From positions 32,001-96,000 of the IMG/VR virus record IMGVR_UViG_3300042539_000280: DNA of 64,000 nt. One strand, written 5' to 3'. Made by a program: the position numbers and the translations under genes. The notes beneath the pieces were generated by a model. That model saw only the letters and a list, made by a program, of their open reading frames with translations. It ran no database searches and was not told the DNA's origin. Below are positions 46,674-57,037 of this stretch, piece after piece. This DNA is from a virus. The stretch's first letter is position 1; each line of letters begins with the position of its first letter.

Positions 46674-48754
46674 TAGGTTTGTGGTACCATTTTGAGTTGA
46701 ATTGCCTGTGCGTTATTAGTATCGATAGCAAGTAATCTGTTTCTTAGTGGTGGAATAACACTGTTTTCTGGCACCACATTTATGGTCAGAATATTCTTAT
46801 CATAGAATGGGTTTGTCGCAATCTTCATTGGTGTGAAGGTATTGAGTGTAACTTTACCAGTTAGGTAGTTCACAATACCAGCGTTATCATTGATGATAAC
46901 CTTTTCACCATTGGTCTTATAGTAGTATGTTCTAAGAACACCTAGAGTTGATCTTAGTCTAACAGACAATGAACATTCTGAACCAAATTCATCAGTGATT
47001 GAAGCGGTTGCTCGTGTATAATTTACACCTGCTGTCAATACCTGAATTGAACGAATACGGCCATTGACCACAATGGCCTTGGCAGTAGCACCAGTACCAT
47101 CACCGGAGATTGTTACAACAGGTGATGTACCGTAATTTATACCTGGGTTGATAACGTCAACCGAATCCACACCAGTATATGATTCAGGAACTTCTTCATA
47201 ATAAACCTCACGGTCAATTCCTTTTGAGTCCTGGACTGTTACTTGTGGATAAGAATAGAGTTTCTTGGCAAAATCACCTTTTCTCAACTGTGTGTTGAAA
47301 TTGATATAATATCTTGCTGTAATCTCAGGTGCTATTGGTTTTCTATTCTGTAGATAAATGGTCAAATCGGATGCGGTAATAGATGCATCTGATCTTTCGA
47401 TATAAGCCTGCAATTTAGATTGCTTGAATGTGGACTTGAATGTATATAATTCATCAGTTGCATACTGGAAAATAGCATCTTTTACCACATTGAGCAATTC
47501 TGTTTCACTCTTAGTTGTTAGAGTTGGATTATATGTAATATTACCACGAATTAGAATAAAGACATATTCAGGGTCAACAATCTCAGGAATAACGGTGAGA
47601 ACGTTACGGTTTCTGATTAGTGTTTCTTTGATTCTAGCCTTTTCTAGGTCGGTTAGAACATAATAACCTCTGGTTTTCATAGACAAATAAACTTTACCAT
47701 ATACTGGTGGATCGTTTTCTTCACCACCCCAAACGGACACGGCCTCAATATTTGAGTAATCTTTGGTGACCAATGCTTCGTAATCGTTGGTTGTTACGCA
47801 ACGGTTCTGTGAGGTATAAACGTATGGTGCTCTGAAACGGATATCTTCAATTTGTTCTTTGGCAGTACCACCATATGATCCACTAACAGCAACGGCCTTT
47901 ACGTTATTTCTGAATAGACCTGCGACCGGTTCAACAAATGTGAACTTGGTAACATTGTTTGCTAATGTTCCAATTGTATCCAAATAAGTTACTGTGATAA
48001 TATTACCATTGGCAGGTCTCTTACCAATAACATCATCACCGAAATAAATGGTGTAATTTAGCTCCTGATCCTCTTCCAAGAAATATACTTTGGAATTGGC
48101 CTGAAGTTCGGTAACATCAGTTGAAATAAAGTATTCGTTTGTTTCTGTATTAGATGCCGATTCACGCACGGTGACAACCAGCGAGTCGGTATCAACATTT
48201 GCTGATGGAATCTGGTATCTGCGTGAGGTATTATTGGCATTGTCAACGGTATACTGGTGAGTAATAACCTCACCTTGCTTTACATACACGTTAGCAAAGG
48301 CAAATGAACCGTTGACTTTATATGCGGTGTTAGCATTGATTGTTACGAAAGGATAATTGACACCACCAACGTCTGCACCAAGCAAACGAGTATATTTGTC
48401 CATTACAATATATGTAACGTCTTGGTTTTCGGTTGGACCTGGAGTAACAGTAACATTCAACTGGGCCACGGCGCCATGTGCGGAATCAGGAACATAACCA
48501 ATCAATTTAGCATGAGAAAGGATATTCTTACGATCCTGTGCGGTATCCAAAAAGGACTCGTTGGCGATCATATTCATATAGAATGAATTGTAATATGTGT
48601 TATAAGAAAGAATGTCCAATAGAACGGACATACCTGAACCTTCAAAGTCATAGTCCTTGAAGGTGTCTTGGCTCTTGAGGTAGGTCTTTAGATTATTCTT
48701 GATAGAATTGAAATCTAAGTCTGCAACTCTAAATGAATTATTGGAAGTTGCCAT
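46673..48754 (-). CDS. gp6: Baseplate wedge subunit
   Basis: LDFNSIK.NLK.YL..Q..F.DYDFEGS, NESFLD.A..R, QNR.VT..DY, WGGE.N.PP.YGKV. Confidence 0.96.
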   Translation of the reverse strand: MATSNNSFRVADLDFNSIKNNLKTYLKSQDTFKDYDFEGSGMSVLLDILSYNTYYNSFYMNMIANESFLDTAQDRKNILSHAKLIGYVPDSAHGAVAQLNVTVTPGPTENQDVTYIVMDKYTRLLGADVGGVNYPFVTINANTAYKVNGSFAFANVYVKQGEVITHQYTVDNANNTSRRYQIPSANVDTDSLVVTVRESASNTETNEYFISTDVTELQANSKVYFLEEDQELNYTIYFGDDVIGKRPANGNIITVTYLDTIGTLANNVTKFTFVEPVAGLFRNNVKAVAVSGSYGGTAKEQIEDIRFRAPYVYTSQNRCVTTNDYEALVTKDYSNIEAVSVWGGEENDPPVYGKVYLSMKTRGYYVLTDLEKARIKETLIRNRNVLTVIPEIVDPEYVFILIRGNITYNPTLTTKSETELLNVVKDAIFQYATDELYTFKSTFKQSKLQAYIERSDASITASDLTIYLQNRKPIAPEITARYYINFNTQLRKGDFAKKLYSYPQVTVQDSKGIDREVYYEEVPESYTGVDSVDVINPGINYGTSPVVTISGDGTGATAKAIVVNGRIRSIQVLTAGVNYTRATASITDEFGSECSLSVRLRSTLGVLRTYYYKTNGEKVIINDNAGIVNYLTGKVTLNTFTPMKIATNPFYDKNILTINVVPENSVIPPLRNRLLAIDTNNAQAIQLKMVPQT

Positions 48755-48758
48755 ATTA

Positions 48759-49160
48759 CTATCTTATCCTTTCCAGGAACAATGTTGCTGTGGTGTTGAT
48801 GTTTCTGTTTAGTATCACATATGTTAGTGTGACGTTATAACCGTTATTGTCAATATCTTCTTTGACGGTTACACTTTGTAATCTTACTCTTGGTTCGTAA
48901 TTATTTATCAATGCTGTAATAGCATCTTGAATATGAATGGAAGTCAATGGAGTCGCATTTTCGAATAGTAATGCGGTGACATCCGAACCTAATTGAGTAT
49001 TGAACTTTCTTTCATAGAAATTGGTAAATACCAGGTTACGAACAGACCTTTTGATGGCCTCGGAACCAACCTTCATATTAACATCACCAGTCGTTCTATT
49101 GACGGTAAAATCAAGGTCAAGGTCAGAATAATCCGGATCTCTGTTGATTATATTGGCCAT
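48759..49160 (-). CDS. gp25: Baseplate wedge subunit / sheath initiator
   Basis: YSDLDL.F, AIKRSVRNL..T...ER.F...GS....LFE, N.EPRV. Confidence 0.95.
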   Translation of the reverse strand: MANIINRDPDYSDLDLDFTVNRTTGDVNMKVGSEAIKRSVRNLVFTNFYERKFNTQLGSDVTALLFENATPLTSIHIQDAITALINNYEPRVRLQSVTVKEDIDNNGYNVTLTYVILNRNINTTATLFLERIR

Positions 49161-49181
49161 TTTAGTCCTTTGCGTTTATAT

Positions 49182-49188
49182 TATTTAG
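49182..49188 (-). promoter_or_regulatory. Late promoter CTAAATA for gp25/gp6
   Basis: Motif in the intergenic gap. Confidence 0.65.
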
Positions 49189-49189
49189 T

Positions 49190-50461
49190 TTATTTCCACG
49201 AGTTGATTTCCGAAGAGGCATCTGGTTCTTCTTGTGGTTGCTGTGCCTTGGATGCCGAAATAGATGGAATACCAGTAGCAGATTGAATCTGATCAAATAT
49301 AAATGACAATTGCTGAATTTGACCAGTGAAAGGTAGACCTAAACCGCCGGCAAGGTTCAATAGACCACCCAAAGCATCAACATTTACACCAGAACCACCA
49401 CCAACAATGTTTGTGGTACTCTGATTTTGACCAACGTGGGTGCTTCCCGCACCTTCAATTGATGCCTGTCCACCGGCAAGAACTTGTGCATTGCCACCTT
49501 GTGATCTGATTTGAACGTCGCCGCCAGTAGATTTGGTAACAATATTTTGTGTTGCTGCCATATTGATACCACCACTTTGAGCATCAACATTTACACCACC
49601 GGATGTAGCGGTAATACCAACATCTTTTTTGGCCTTTACCTGAATTTTATCTTGCTTGGATTCTACATTGACCGCCTTTGCTGCCTGTGCATGTAGAGCA
49701 CCATCTTTGGCCAGCAATGTTACTTCATTAGTGCCATCGGAGAACTTGGCATCAAACTTGCCTTCTTTGGTCTCCATATGCATATTACCTTTTTCATTCT
49801 TGAAGGTCATATCACCCTGATCGGTAACAGATGCATGAATACCTTTACCACCAGCAAAAAAGGCCTTTTGTGTTCTTGATGCCACCATCATATTACCTTC
49901 TGATACCACAGAATGAGCACCCATCGTATTATATGTGGAAGAACCTTCTACTCTTTTATTGATATTCTTGGCCGTGGTGTCCATATTACCACGAATAGAG
50001 CGGTTCATATTCTTTGCGGTGACATTCATATCACCCAATACGGTGAGGTTATAATCTTTGTGAACGGTGACGTTATGGTTGCCATATACTCTCATTGAGG
50101 CATCACCTTTTACCGTGATATCCTGAGCACCTGAAATGGTTACACGATTTTCACCAAATGTTACCTCATATTTACCGTTATGAGTTGTTAGTAACATACC
50201 ACCATCTGGACGCATTTGAATGCCTGTACCAGAACGGTGCTGTAGCGTTACAGTTTCTTTACCCTCAGAGTCATCCATAATAAATGTATGACCAGAACGT
50301 GTCTTGTGTGACCAGTAATTAGGATATGCACCGGCACCCTCCATGCTTCTGGCATCTTTATCAAAGTTTACCGCACGAGGAGTCGTTTTTCTTTCTTCAT
50401 TAGTATTGAATTGATCACCGCCGGAGTTATTTACCGATACGGATCCAGTTACGTCAGTCAT
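49190..50461 (-). CDS. gp5: gp5-like central spike, beta-helix portion only
   Basis: YP......TRSGH....DD..G.E...LQHRSGT...M.PDG, followed by V.G / ITV.GD 8-residue repeats. Confidence 0.75.
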   Translation of the reverse strand: MTDVTGSVSVNNSGGDQFNTNEERKTTPRAVNFDKDARSMEGAGAYPNYWSHKTRSGHTFIMDDSEGKETVTLQHRSGTGIQMRPDGGMLLTTHNGKYEVTFGENRVTISGAQDITVKGDASMRVYGNHNVTVHKDYNLTVLGDMNVTAKNMNRSIRGNMDTTAKNINKRVEGSSTYNTMGAHSVVSEGNMMVASRTQKAFFAGGKGIHASVTDQGDMTFKNEKGNMHMETKEGKFDAKFSDGTNEVTLLAKDGALHAQAAKAVNVESKQDKIQVKAKKDVGITATSGGVNVDAQSGGINMAATQNIVTKSTGGDVQIRSQGGNAQVLAGGQASIEGAGSTHVGQNQSTTNIVGGGSGVNVDALGGLLNLAGGLGLPFTGQIQQLSFIFDQIQSATGIPSISASKAQQPQEEPDASSEINSWK

Positions 50462-50464
50462 CTA

Positions 50465-51883
50465 TTACTCCTGATAATATACTTTGTTCAAGGGGTCGCC
50501 GCCATCAATGACGGCCTGATTTATTTGTTTTTGTTTCTGTGGTTTCTTATCTTGTGTTAGTTTCTGGTGCATATTCTTTGCTTCTTTTTCTTGCGACATG
50601 GCCAATCTTTTCCACATATCCTGCAAGGTCTGTGCTGATTTACCAAAAAGTGTGCCTAGCATTGACTGAGCGGCGCCGCCAGAACCTGAACCTTGATTGC
50701 CTTGTCCGCCTGCGCCGCTACCTGATCCTGAGGATGCTGGAGCACTCGTGGCACCTGAACCATAAGAAACGTTTGACATAGAATTAGCAAAGGCCATTTG
50801 TGCGTTTGCATTAGCATATGTAACGACAATATTACCGTTTACATCAACCTGCTGTAATGCCACACCCCAGGCATTTTCAATCTGTATTTCAACAACGTCT
50901 AGTGCGTCCTGTCCGTGTAGACTGGAATCCCACTGTAGTCGTGATAATACAGACATAACATCATCGATGGTGGAAACATTAGATAACAATTCAACGGCAT
51001 TTTCTAAGTAAATACCATAATGTACCACATTACCAGTTACGAAACCAACACCATTATCTGTTTCATGGCCTTGAATTAGAATTGTCAGACTCTTGATGGC
51101 CTGTATCATGGCCTCGGCACGTTCTGGTTCCGAAGGATGATTATTTCTAATATTATTCTGAATTTCATCCCAATAACTGATACCATTACCGATACCACCA
51201 CCAGAATTATGTGTATTATTACCGCCACGACCATTCTGCATAAGGCCCTGTAATAGACCTTGTAATGATCCTACAATACCCTGCAACTGATCAAACATCT
51301 GATTTGTCATCATTTGATCATTATGTTGCTTGGCAGTCGGTACCTGTTTTAGTGCTGGTAATCTAAAACCGGCCATATCAAATAAAGCACCGTGACTTGG
51401 TAGACCATCCAATAATGAGAGTGAATGTTTCTCACCCTTTTCTTGGATCTTTCTGATCTTCATGCCATTTTCATCCACCTCTTGAACCTTGGGTGGAACA
51501 TTTACACCAATATCTTGTGTGAATAGTTCTGCAATCTTACCAGTGAGAAGGCTTTGACCACCTCCACCACCGCCTTCGGCGCCCATATTACCTTTTCTAA
51601 TAGAATTGGCCAGGCCAAGAATAATACCACCTGGTTCACCAACATTCTTTAGAACATATACGAGTGTACCTGGATCCATTGTGCCAGGGAATTGTGAACC
51701 GCCTGTCTGAGTCGGATTGAGTGCCATTGGCGAGAATTGCAAATCCTCAAAATTTACTTCATCACCGTGTTCTAGTGGATTTACAATCTTCTGATTACAG
51801 GAATGGTCTGGTGCCGGATCATTGATACCACCACCGGCAATAACGCAAGTCTTTACTTGTGTCGTTAGTTCTCTAGGTGCCAT
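50465..51883 (-). CDS. Putative gp5 N-terminal OB-fold protein with an unknown helical domain
   Basis: KIVNPLEHG...DLQFSPM..NPT...PGTLVYV...G..GGIILG resembles the gp5 OB-fold; lies between the hub gene and the spike gene. Confidence 0.45.
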   Translation of the reverse strand: MAPRELTTQVKTCVIAGGGINDPAPDHSCNQKIVNPLEHGDEVNFEDLQFSPMALNPTQTGGSQFPGTMDPGTLVYVLKNVGEPGGIILGLANSIRKGNMGAEGGGGGGQSLLTGKIAELFTQDIGVNVPPKVQEVDENGMKIRKIQEKGEKHSLSLLDGLPSHGALFDMAGFRLPALKQVPTAKQHNDQMMTNQMFDQLQGIVGSLQGLLQGLMQNGRGGNNTHNSGGGIGNGISYWDEIQNNIRNNHPSEPERAEAMIQAIKSLTILIQGHETDNGVGFVTGNVVHYGIYLENAVELLSNVSTIDDVMSVLSRLQWDSSLHGQDALDVVEIQIENAWGVALQQVDVNGNIVVTYANANAQMAFANSMSNVSYGSGATSAPASSGSGSGAGGQGNQGSGSGGAAQSMLGTLFGKSAQTLQDMWKRLAMSQEKEAKNMHQKLTQDKKPQKQKQINQAVIDGGDPLNKVYYQE

Positions 51884-51892
51884 AATATCTCC

Positions 51893-53080
51893 TTACAAAT
51901 TCCTAGTAATACAATCGAGAGTGGTGGTACCAAAACCACCAAATTGAACGTTGTGTTTGAGCGAAGCAATCAAATAATTACCTGTACCAAATATTTTACC
52001 TGTGAAACTATTGTCTGTTGATTTATTCAACCAATAAAATGAAATAGAATTACCAACATGCAAATCAGGATTCCATGGAATGGTAAGTCTTAGTGCGACC
52101 TTATCTTTTTCTAATAGACCCATTCTGGCCTGTCTTAGTAATAGATATTGTTCCACACCTAATTCACAAACGTTTTGTTGTTTACCTGATCCTTTATTAG
52201 TAAATGCCTGTTTATGATTAGCAACGCCTTTGATACACCCACCACCAAAACTGCTGCCGTCACCAGCACCAAGAAACTGCATTGCACCTGTAACAGCATT
52301 TACCGTGGCCAGGCCATTCATGCTCTTACCGTTTTCATCAAGACCATTTAGAACATCTGACAAATAATCAAAGTCACAGGGGAATGAGAAATTGATAACC
52401 TTTTTAGGGTCGGCAAGATCCATATTTGTTTCAGAATGTTGAAACTCCCATGTTGGTGGCTGGTGCATTAGTGCTTTGAGTGATCTGAAATAATGAGTAC
52501 CAGTATTTTCAAAGGTCATATAATGCAAGAATGACGGATCTTCACCGTCTAGTGCGGCATTACATTGCTGTTGAATTACCTGAAACGGATGGATCATTTC
52601 AGCAATATAGTTTCTGGTTGGTTGACAGTCATCAATTACAGGATTATTACCAACACCCAAACAGGTATTGAGAGCATAGTCCACAACTTCTGATGGAGTC
52701 TGACAATTGAATGATTTTGAAATAAGAGACTTGGCATCTTCTAATAGAGAAGGATCACAGGCATGGAGTGTTAGTGATTCGGTGGAACCAACGTTGATAT
52801 CCAATTCACGGTTATCAATACGGTAAATTCTTTGCTTGATGAACATTACCTGCTCACCATCTTGTGTTCTCATATTGAGAGTAACGTCTTTATTCTTATA
52901 ATTCATCCAGTTTTTGATCGGATTACTATAGACAAAAGACTGTAATGTGATGGCAGTTTGAAGGCCTGGTGTCAATAGACTTTCACCTAGTATTACTTCT
53001 TTTACAGTAATATCGGTGAATGTCTGACCGTCAATAGTAATATCCGCACGAACTCGGCGGCCATCATAAGTAATTGCCAT
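51893..53080 (-). CDS. Baseplate hub protein (gp27-like)
   Basis: ESL..P.L; ISKSF; PF..I; F.F...G..F.SL..L; L.IP....L.VG; G.YLI..L.H; follows gp53. Confidence 0.6.
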   Translation of the reverse strand: MAITYDGRRVRADITIDGQTFTDITVKEVILGESLLTPGLQTAITLQSFVYSNPIKNWMNYKNKDVTLNMRTQDGEQVMFIKQRIYRIDNRELDINVGSTESLTLHACDPSLLEDAKSLISKSFNCQTPSEVVDYALNTCLGVGNNPVIDDCQPTRNYIAEMIHPFQVIQQQCNAALDGEDPSFLHYMTFENTGTHYFRSLKALMHQPPTWEFQHSETNMDLADPKKVINFSFPCDFDYLSDVLNGLDENGKSMNGLATVNAVTGAMQFLGAGDGSSFGGGCIKGVANHKQAFTNKGSGKQQNVCELGVEQYLLLRQARMGLLEKDKVALRLTIPWNPDLHVGNSISFYWLNKSTDNSFTGKIFGTGNYLIASLKHNVQFGGFGTTTLDCITRNL

Positions 53081-53081
53081 A

Positions 53082-53915
53082 TTATACTAACCTTCTGACA
53101 AAAGTATTTTCTGTGTTTGTAAGTCTAGCAAACTCATTGATAATCTGGAAATAATATTCTGCCTTGATTACCTTGATAAGTCTCTTGGCATCGTTCTTTC
53201 TCAATTCATAATCATAATTGGTAACCGCCTCACCATAAATTGTTTCTGTTACAGTCTTTCCATCGACATTATAGGTATTTGTTTCATTGGCAAATGCAAC
53301 TGAACCGAATTTGGTGACGTTCACGGCGTCATCATAATTCAAGTCTGCGGAAAGAAAGATCGGCGGATCAACGTCGTTATCGTCGGTAGTGAATACACTG
53401 GAATCGGATGTTCTAAATGTTTCGATGACATATGGAAGCCAGTATGTATAAGGTACATTAGGCATTTCTTCTGTCAATCTCTCGGCGTCGATGATATATC
53501 TATTTTCTGTGGTTACACCGGTAAATTCGTTTGTTCTAATAATTACCTTTTCATAATGATGAATTTCTGAGGAGGCGCTGTCAACCGAACCATATCTGTC
53601 AATAATCATTTTCTGAAAGGCATCATAATTGAGAGGCCAATCAAACTGTGGATCTAGCATTTTATTGGCATACAAAATCATCCAACCGGCACCAATATCA
53701 CCATAAACCTTTTCTGCCAGAATTTCTGGTGTATCAGAATCGTCTAGTTCATATACGGTATATGATGTGATATTATTCAAAATATCCTTGATCATACCCA
53801 GACGAAAGAAGATATCGGTTACGGTCTCATGTGAACCAGCACCGAAACCAGTATTATTGATATCATATTGCATTTTTGGAAAAGCACCGAAATATGGTGT
53901 GTTCTTATAAGTCAT
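53082..53915 (-). CDS. gp53: Baseplate wedge subunit
   Basis: YF..FP...Y, D.PE.LA.K.YG....W.IL..N...DP..DWPL, IHHYE, NY.YE...N..KR.IK. Confidence 0.9.
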   Translation of the reverse strand: MTYKNTPYFGAFPKMQYDINNTGFGAGSHETVTDIFFRLGMIKDILNNITSYTVYELDDSDTPEILAEKVYGDIGAGWMILYANKMLDPQFDWPLNYDAFQKMIIDRYGSVDSASSEIHHYEKVIIRTNEFTGVTTENRYIIDAERLTEEMPNVPYTYWLPYVIETFRTSDSSVFTTDDNDVDPPIFLSADLNYDDAVNVTKFGSVAFANETNTYNVDGKTVTETIYGEAVTNYDYELRKNDAKRLIKVIKAEYYFQIINEFARLTNTENTFVRRLV

Positions 53916-53919
53916 TTAC

Positions 53920-54429
53920 TTACCTATTGAATACCCAGTCCTCGACTGGTAGTTGGATTGCCTTATCGTATTCATCAATATAAATTTCAATAAACTGTGA
54001 TCTACAATGGTTGAACAAATATCTTTTTATACATGGTCGTGATAAACTGTTTAGTCTTTTAGAACCCTGTAATAATTGATAACTCAATAACAGTTTGGTA
54101 GTTTCATCGTATTCTTTATTATTTTGAAACTTTACCAACTGGTCTAATAGTGCCTTACGTTGTCTTGCATCAAGATAGTGTAGATTTAGACCTAGAAAAC
54201 CATCCTGATATTGCTCAATGGGAAACACCATTGGAAACTTGTCATACTTGGGCAGATAGGCCTTGCCTTTTGGATCATACTTGAAGAAGTATAGATGACC
54301 AATAAGGGCATCCTCACGACCTCTCTGGTCGTTTCTAATAAGTATTTGTCTGGCCTGAGGTGATGCCGCATTTAGGGCCTTCTCAAATAACCATTTCTGT
54401 AAATCTTTGGACGAATACTTTTCTGCCAT
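53920..54429 (-). CDS. gp2: DNA end protector protein
   Basis: G.LY.F.YDPK.K..LP.YD.FP.VF.......GFLGLNLHYL, PCIKRYL..H. Confidence 0.92.
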   Translation of the reverse strand: MAEKYSSKDLQKWLFEKALNAASPQARQILIRNDQRGREDALIGHLYFFKYDPKGKAYLPKYDKFPMVFPIEQYQDGFLGLNLHYLDARQRKALLDQLVKFQNNKEYDETTKLLLSYQLLQGSKRLNSLSRPCIKRYLFNHCRSQFIEIYIDEYDKAIQLPVEDWVFNR

Positions 54430-54434
54430 ATAGG

Positions 54435-54441
54435 TATTTAT
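54435..54441 (-). promoter_or_regulatory. Late promoter ATAAATA, 5 nt upstream of the gp2 ATG
   Basis: GCATAAATA-CCTAT-ATG. Confidence 0.6.
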
Positions 54442-54442
54442 G

Positions 54443-54889
54443 CTATTTCCTAAACAGTTGTTCCTCGGTTATTAGCAGAAATTCCCATCCTCGATCCTTA
54501 CAAAATTCTTCGGCAGCCTTCCATTTCGCCTGATTTATTCCGTAAGTAACGACCTCGGTAATATATCCTTTTGTCTTGCGTTTCTTAGGAACAGGCTCTT
54601 GCGTCTGGGCCTTAGGTTTGACCTCTAAAAGCATCTTGGCGGTCTGGCCGTTGCTCCTAACCGCCTCCACATAAAAGTCCACAAAGTATCGATGGGGTCG
54701 ATTATCGACTGGTGAGATATACGGAATTACTACCTCTTCCGAGCACCATCGTTTGACATTAGGATTGGTATCTGCCCAATCCATAACTCTCTTTTCCCAT
54801 CCTGACCTATATACGATATTCTTAGCATCACCAATATATTTGTCAGGATTTTTGGGCGTGAATATTCCTTGTTTGTAATTGTATGCCAT
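54443..54889 (-). CDS. gp4: Head completion nuclease (TnsA-like)
   Basis: P.NP.KY.GD...IVYRS.WE, W.SEE..IPY.SP.D.R.HRYF.DF, EVKP..QT, NQAKW.AA. Confidence 0.95.
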   Translation of the reverse strand: MAYNYKQGIFTPKNPDKYIGDAKNIVYRSGWEKRVMDWADTNPNVKRWCSEEVVIPYISPVDNRPHRYFVDFYVEAVRSNGQTAKMLLEVKPKAQTQEPVPKKRKTKGYITEVVTYGINQAKWKAAEEFCKDRGWEFLLITEEQLFRK

Positions 54890-54898
54890 AAATCCTCA

Positions 54899-54905
54899 CT
54901 AAATA
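54899..54905 (+). promoter_or_regulatory. Late promoter CTAAATA for the plus-strand baseplate block
   Basis: Motif in the divergent gp4/gp48 gap. Confidence 0.7.
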
Positions 54906-54933
54906 TATGTAGTCAAAATATTTGGAGTAATAT

Positions 54934-55689
54934 ATGCCCGGTCCAAGACTAGCATTTCCACAGATAGTCGAGAACGAACAGAATGGCCACTGGATGAATA
55001 TTCAGGCGGTTGGTCGTGGTAATGACAATACACCACAAGCAACTGTCACACTGTTTATTCCAGGTGGTGGAACAAATAGCACCAACTTAGTTTGGGAAAC
55101 AAGACACGACTATCAGGAATCAAAACTATCTAAAATTATTGCTGGTGCCGCTGCAAATATTCCACTTATTGGTACCGCAATTGGTGCCGTTCAAGGTGCT
55201 GCGCCTATGATGGGTGGTGCTATCAATCCTAAGGTTGAGGTTCTATATCGTGACACCAACCTTAGAACATTTCAGTTTAGTTTCGTTATGGTGCCTTCAT
55301 CACCAGATGACAGTCAGGCCCTAAGAGAGATTGTCAAGACCCTTAGAAAGTTCTCCTCTCCAACTCTGGTGGGTGGTAAAAGTGATCCAAGACAGGGTTA
55401 TATTGGTGTAAATGCAGGTGCCGGCAATTATCTTTCCACTGGTGGTCTGTTTCTATCACCATCAGAATTTACCATCGATTTCTATTATAAAGACAAAAAC
55501 GGTCAGACATTACAAAACACAAATCTACCAAGAATTGGTCGCTGCGTTATTGATGCCATCGATATCAACTATACACCACAAGGTGAGTGGAGCACCTACC
55601 ATGACGGTATGCCCACACAAGCAATGCTCACAATGGTCTTTAGAGAAATGAGAGTTATTGATAGCCAGAACATCGAGGACGGATACTAA
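54934..55689 (+). CDS. gp48: Baseplate tail tube cap
   Basis: NP..EVLY....LRTF.F.F...P.S..., P.EF.I, C.I..I.INYTP.G, L...F.E. Confidence 0.85.
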   Translation: MPGPRLAFPQIVENEQNGHWMNIQAVGRGNDNTPQATVTLFIPGGGTNSTNLVWETRHDYQESKLSKIIAGAAANIPLIGTAIGAVQGAAPMMGGAINPKVEVLYRDTNLRTFQFSFVMVPSSPDDSQALREIVKTLRKFSSPTLVGGKSDPRQGYIGVNAGAGNYLSTGGLFLSPSEFTIDFYYKDKNGQTLQNTNLPRIGRCVIDAIDINYTPQGEWSTYHDGMPTQAMLTMVFREMRVIDSQNIEDGY

Positions 55690-56294
55690 TGCCTAGCGTA
55701 TCACAGACTAATGTACCTCAGGGGTTGAATTTAGACAAATTTAGAACGGCCATGAACCAAGGCGGTCAAATCGCCCGTTCATGTCGTTTTGTTGTCGTTA
55801 TTGAACCACCAACTGGTATCAAAACTAAAATGCCTGATGATCTTCATCTGATGTGTGAGGCAGCAGAATTACCTGGTCGTGGTTTCGACGTTGTGCAGAC
55901 CAGATATTATGGACCTGGTATGGTGTTTCCAAATAACACTCTCTATAATACTGCCAATTTCCAGTTTATTTGCCGTAATAATTCTGCCGAAAGATATTTC
56001 TTTGATGAATGGATGGAGTTTATCAATCCAACCACTACATTCAATTTTTCTTATCCTCAGGATTATTGGGCAAGAGTTCAAATTTATCAGTTGTCAGAGA
56101 TTGGTATAGGTTCACCAAACACTAAAATGGATGCAACCACAAAATTGAGACAAAATTCCACATATAGATGGACACTAAACTATGCCTGGCCTACACTGGT
56201 CAATCCACAGCAAGTTACATGGGCGGATCAGGACGTTCTAAGATTACAGGTCACATTCTCATATAAGTATTGGGACAGACCAGAGGTACAATAA
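55689..56294 (+). CDS. gp54: Baseplate tail tube initiator (gp19 paralogue)
   Basis: GG..AR..RF.V, L...CE.AELPG, FF..WM..I, AWP.......W....V....VTF.YKYW. Confidence 0.75.
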   Translation: MPSVSQTNVPQGLNLDKFRTAMNQGGQIARSCRFVVVIEPPTGIKTKMPDDLHLMCEAAELPGRGFDVVQTRYYGPGMVFPNNTLYNTANFQFICRNNSAERYFFDEWMEFINPTTTFNFSYPQDYWARVQIYQLSEIGIGSPNTKMDATTKLRQNSTYRWTLNYAWPTLVNPQQVTWADQDVLRLQVTFSYKYWDRPEVQ

Positions 56295-56309
56295 TAACTG
56301 GAGTATATT

Positions 56310-57035
56310 ATGCCATTACCTAAAATTGATTTACCAACGTATGAACTAACTGTACCAATGTCTGACGATACTATTATTGTTAGACCATTTTCGGTAAAAG
56401 AAGAAAAACTATTATTGATTGCAATGGAGTCGAAAGACCCTAATGAAATTACTAAGACGGTCAAACAGGTAATTACTAATTGTATTATCAAAGGTAATTT
56501 GAATATTGATAAATTACCATTCTTTGTTGTTGATCATATATTCGTGTTTCTTAGAGCAAAGTCTATCGGTGAGTCCATCGAGGTAAATCTCACCTGTAAT
56601 AATACACTGGACAGTGGTGAGATTTGTAATAATGTATTCCCTGCTATGATGGATATCTCCAATTGTGAGATAGCAATATCAGAAGGGGTTAGTGACGATA
56701 TCAAATTGAGTACCGATAAAGGTGTGAAGATGCGATATCCAAACTATGCTACAATGAAAAGAATTGAGGCAGGATCGGATATTGACCAGATATCCAATAC
56801 AATCGTAAACTCGATTGACTATATCTGGGACAAGGACGGTCAATATTCGTGGAAAGATTACTCGAAAGAAGAACTAAAAGAGTTCGTTGAAAGTCTGACG
56901 GAAGAGAATTACAAGAAACTACAGGCCTTCACTGAAAATCTACCAACGTTCTTGGTAAAACTGGAAGCAACCTGTAATAAATGTGGATTCCATCATGAAG
57001 TGAGGTATTCAGATTTCTACGATTTTTTTACATAA
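56310..57035 (+). CDS. gp26: Baseplate hub subunit
   Basis: MPLPKI..PTYEL..P, RPF.VKEEK.LL.A.ES, F..LRAKSIGE, C..C, DFF end. Confidence 0.92.
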   Translation: MPLPKIDLPTYELTVPMSDDTIIVRPFSVKEEKLLLIAMESKDPNEITKTVKQVITNCIIKGNLNIDKLPFFVVDHIFVFLRAKSIGESIEVNLTCNNTLDSGEICNNVFPAMMDISNCEIAISEGVSDDIKLSTDKGVKMRYPNYATMKRIEAGSDIDQISNTIVNSIDYIWDKDGQYSWKDYSKEELKEFVESLTEENYKKLQAFTENLPTFLVKLEATCNKCGFHHEVRYSDFYDFFT

Positions 57036-57037
57036 TA

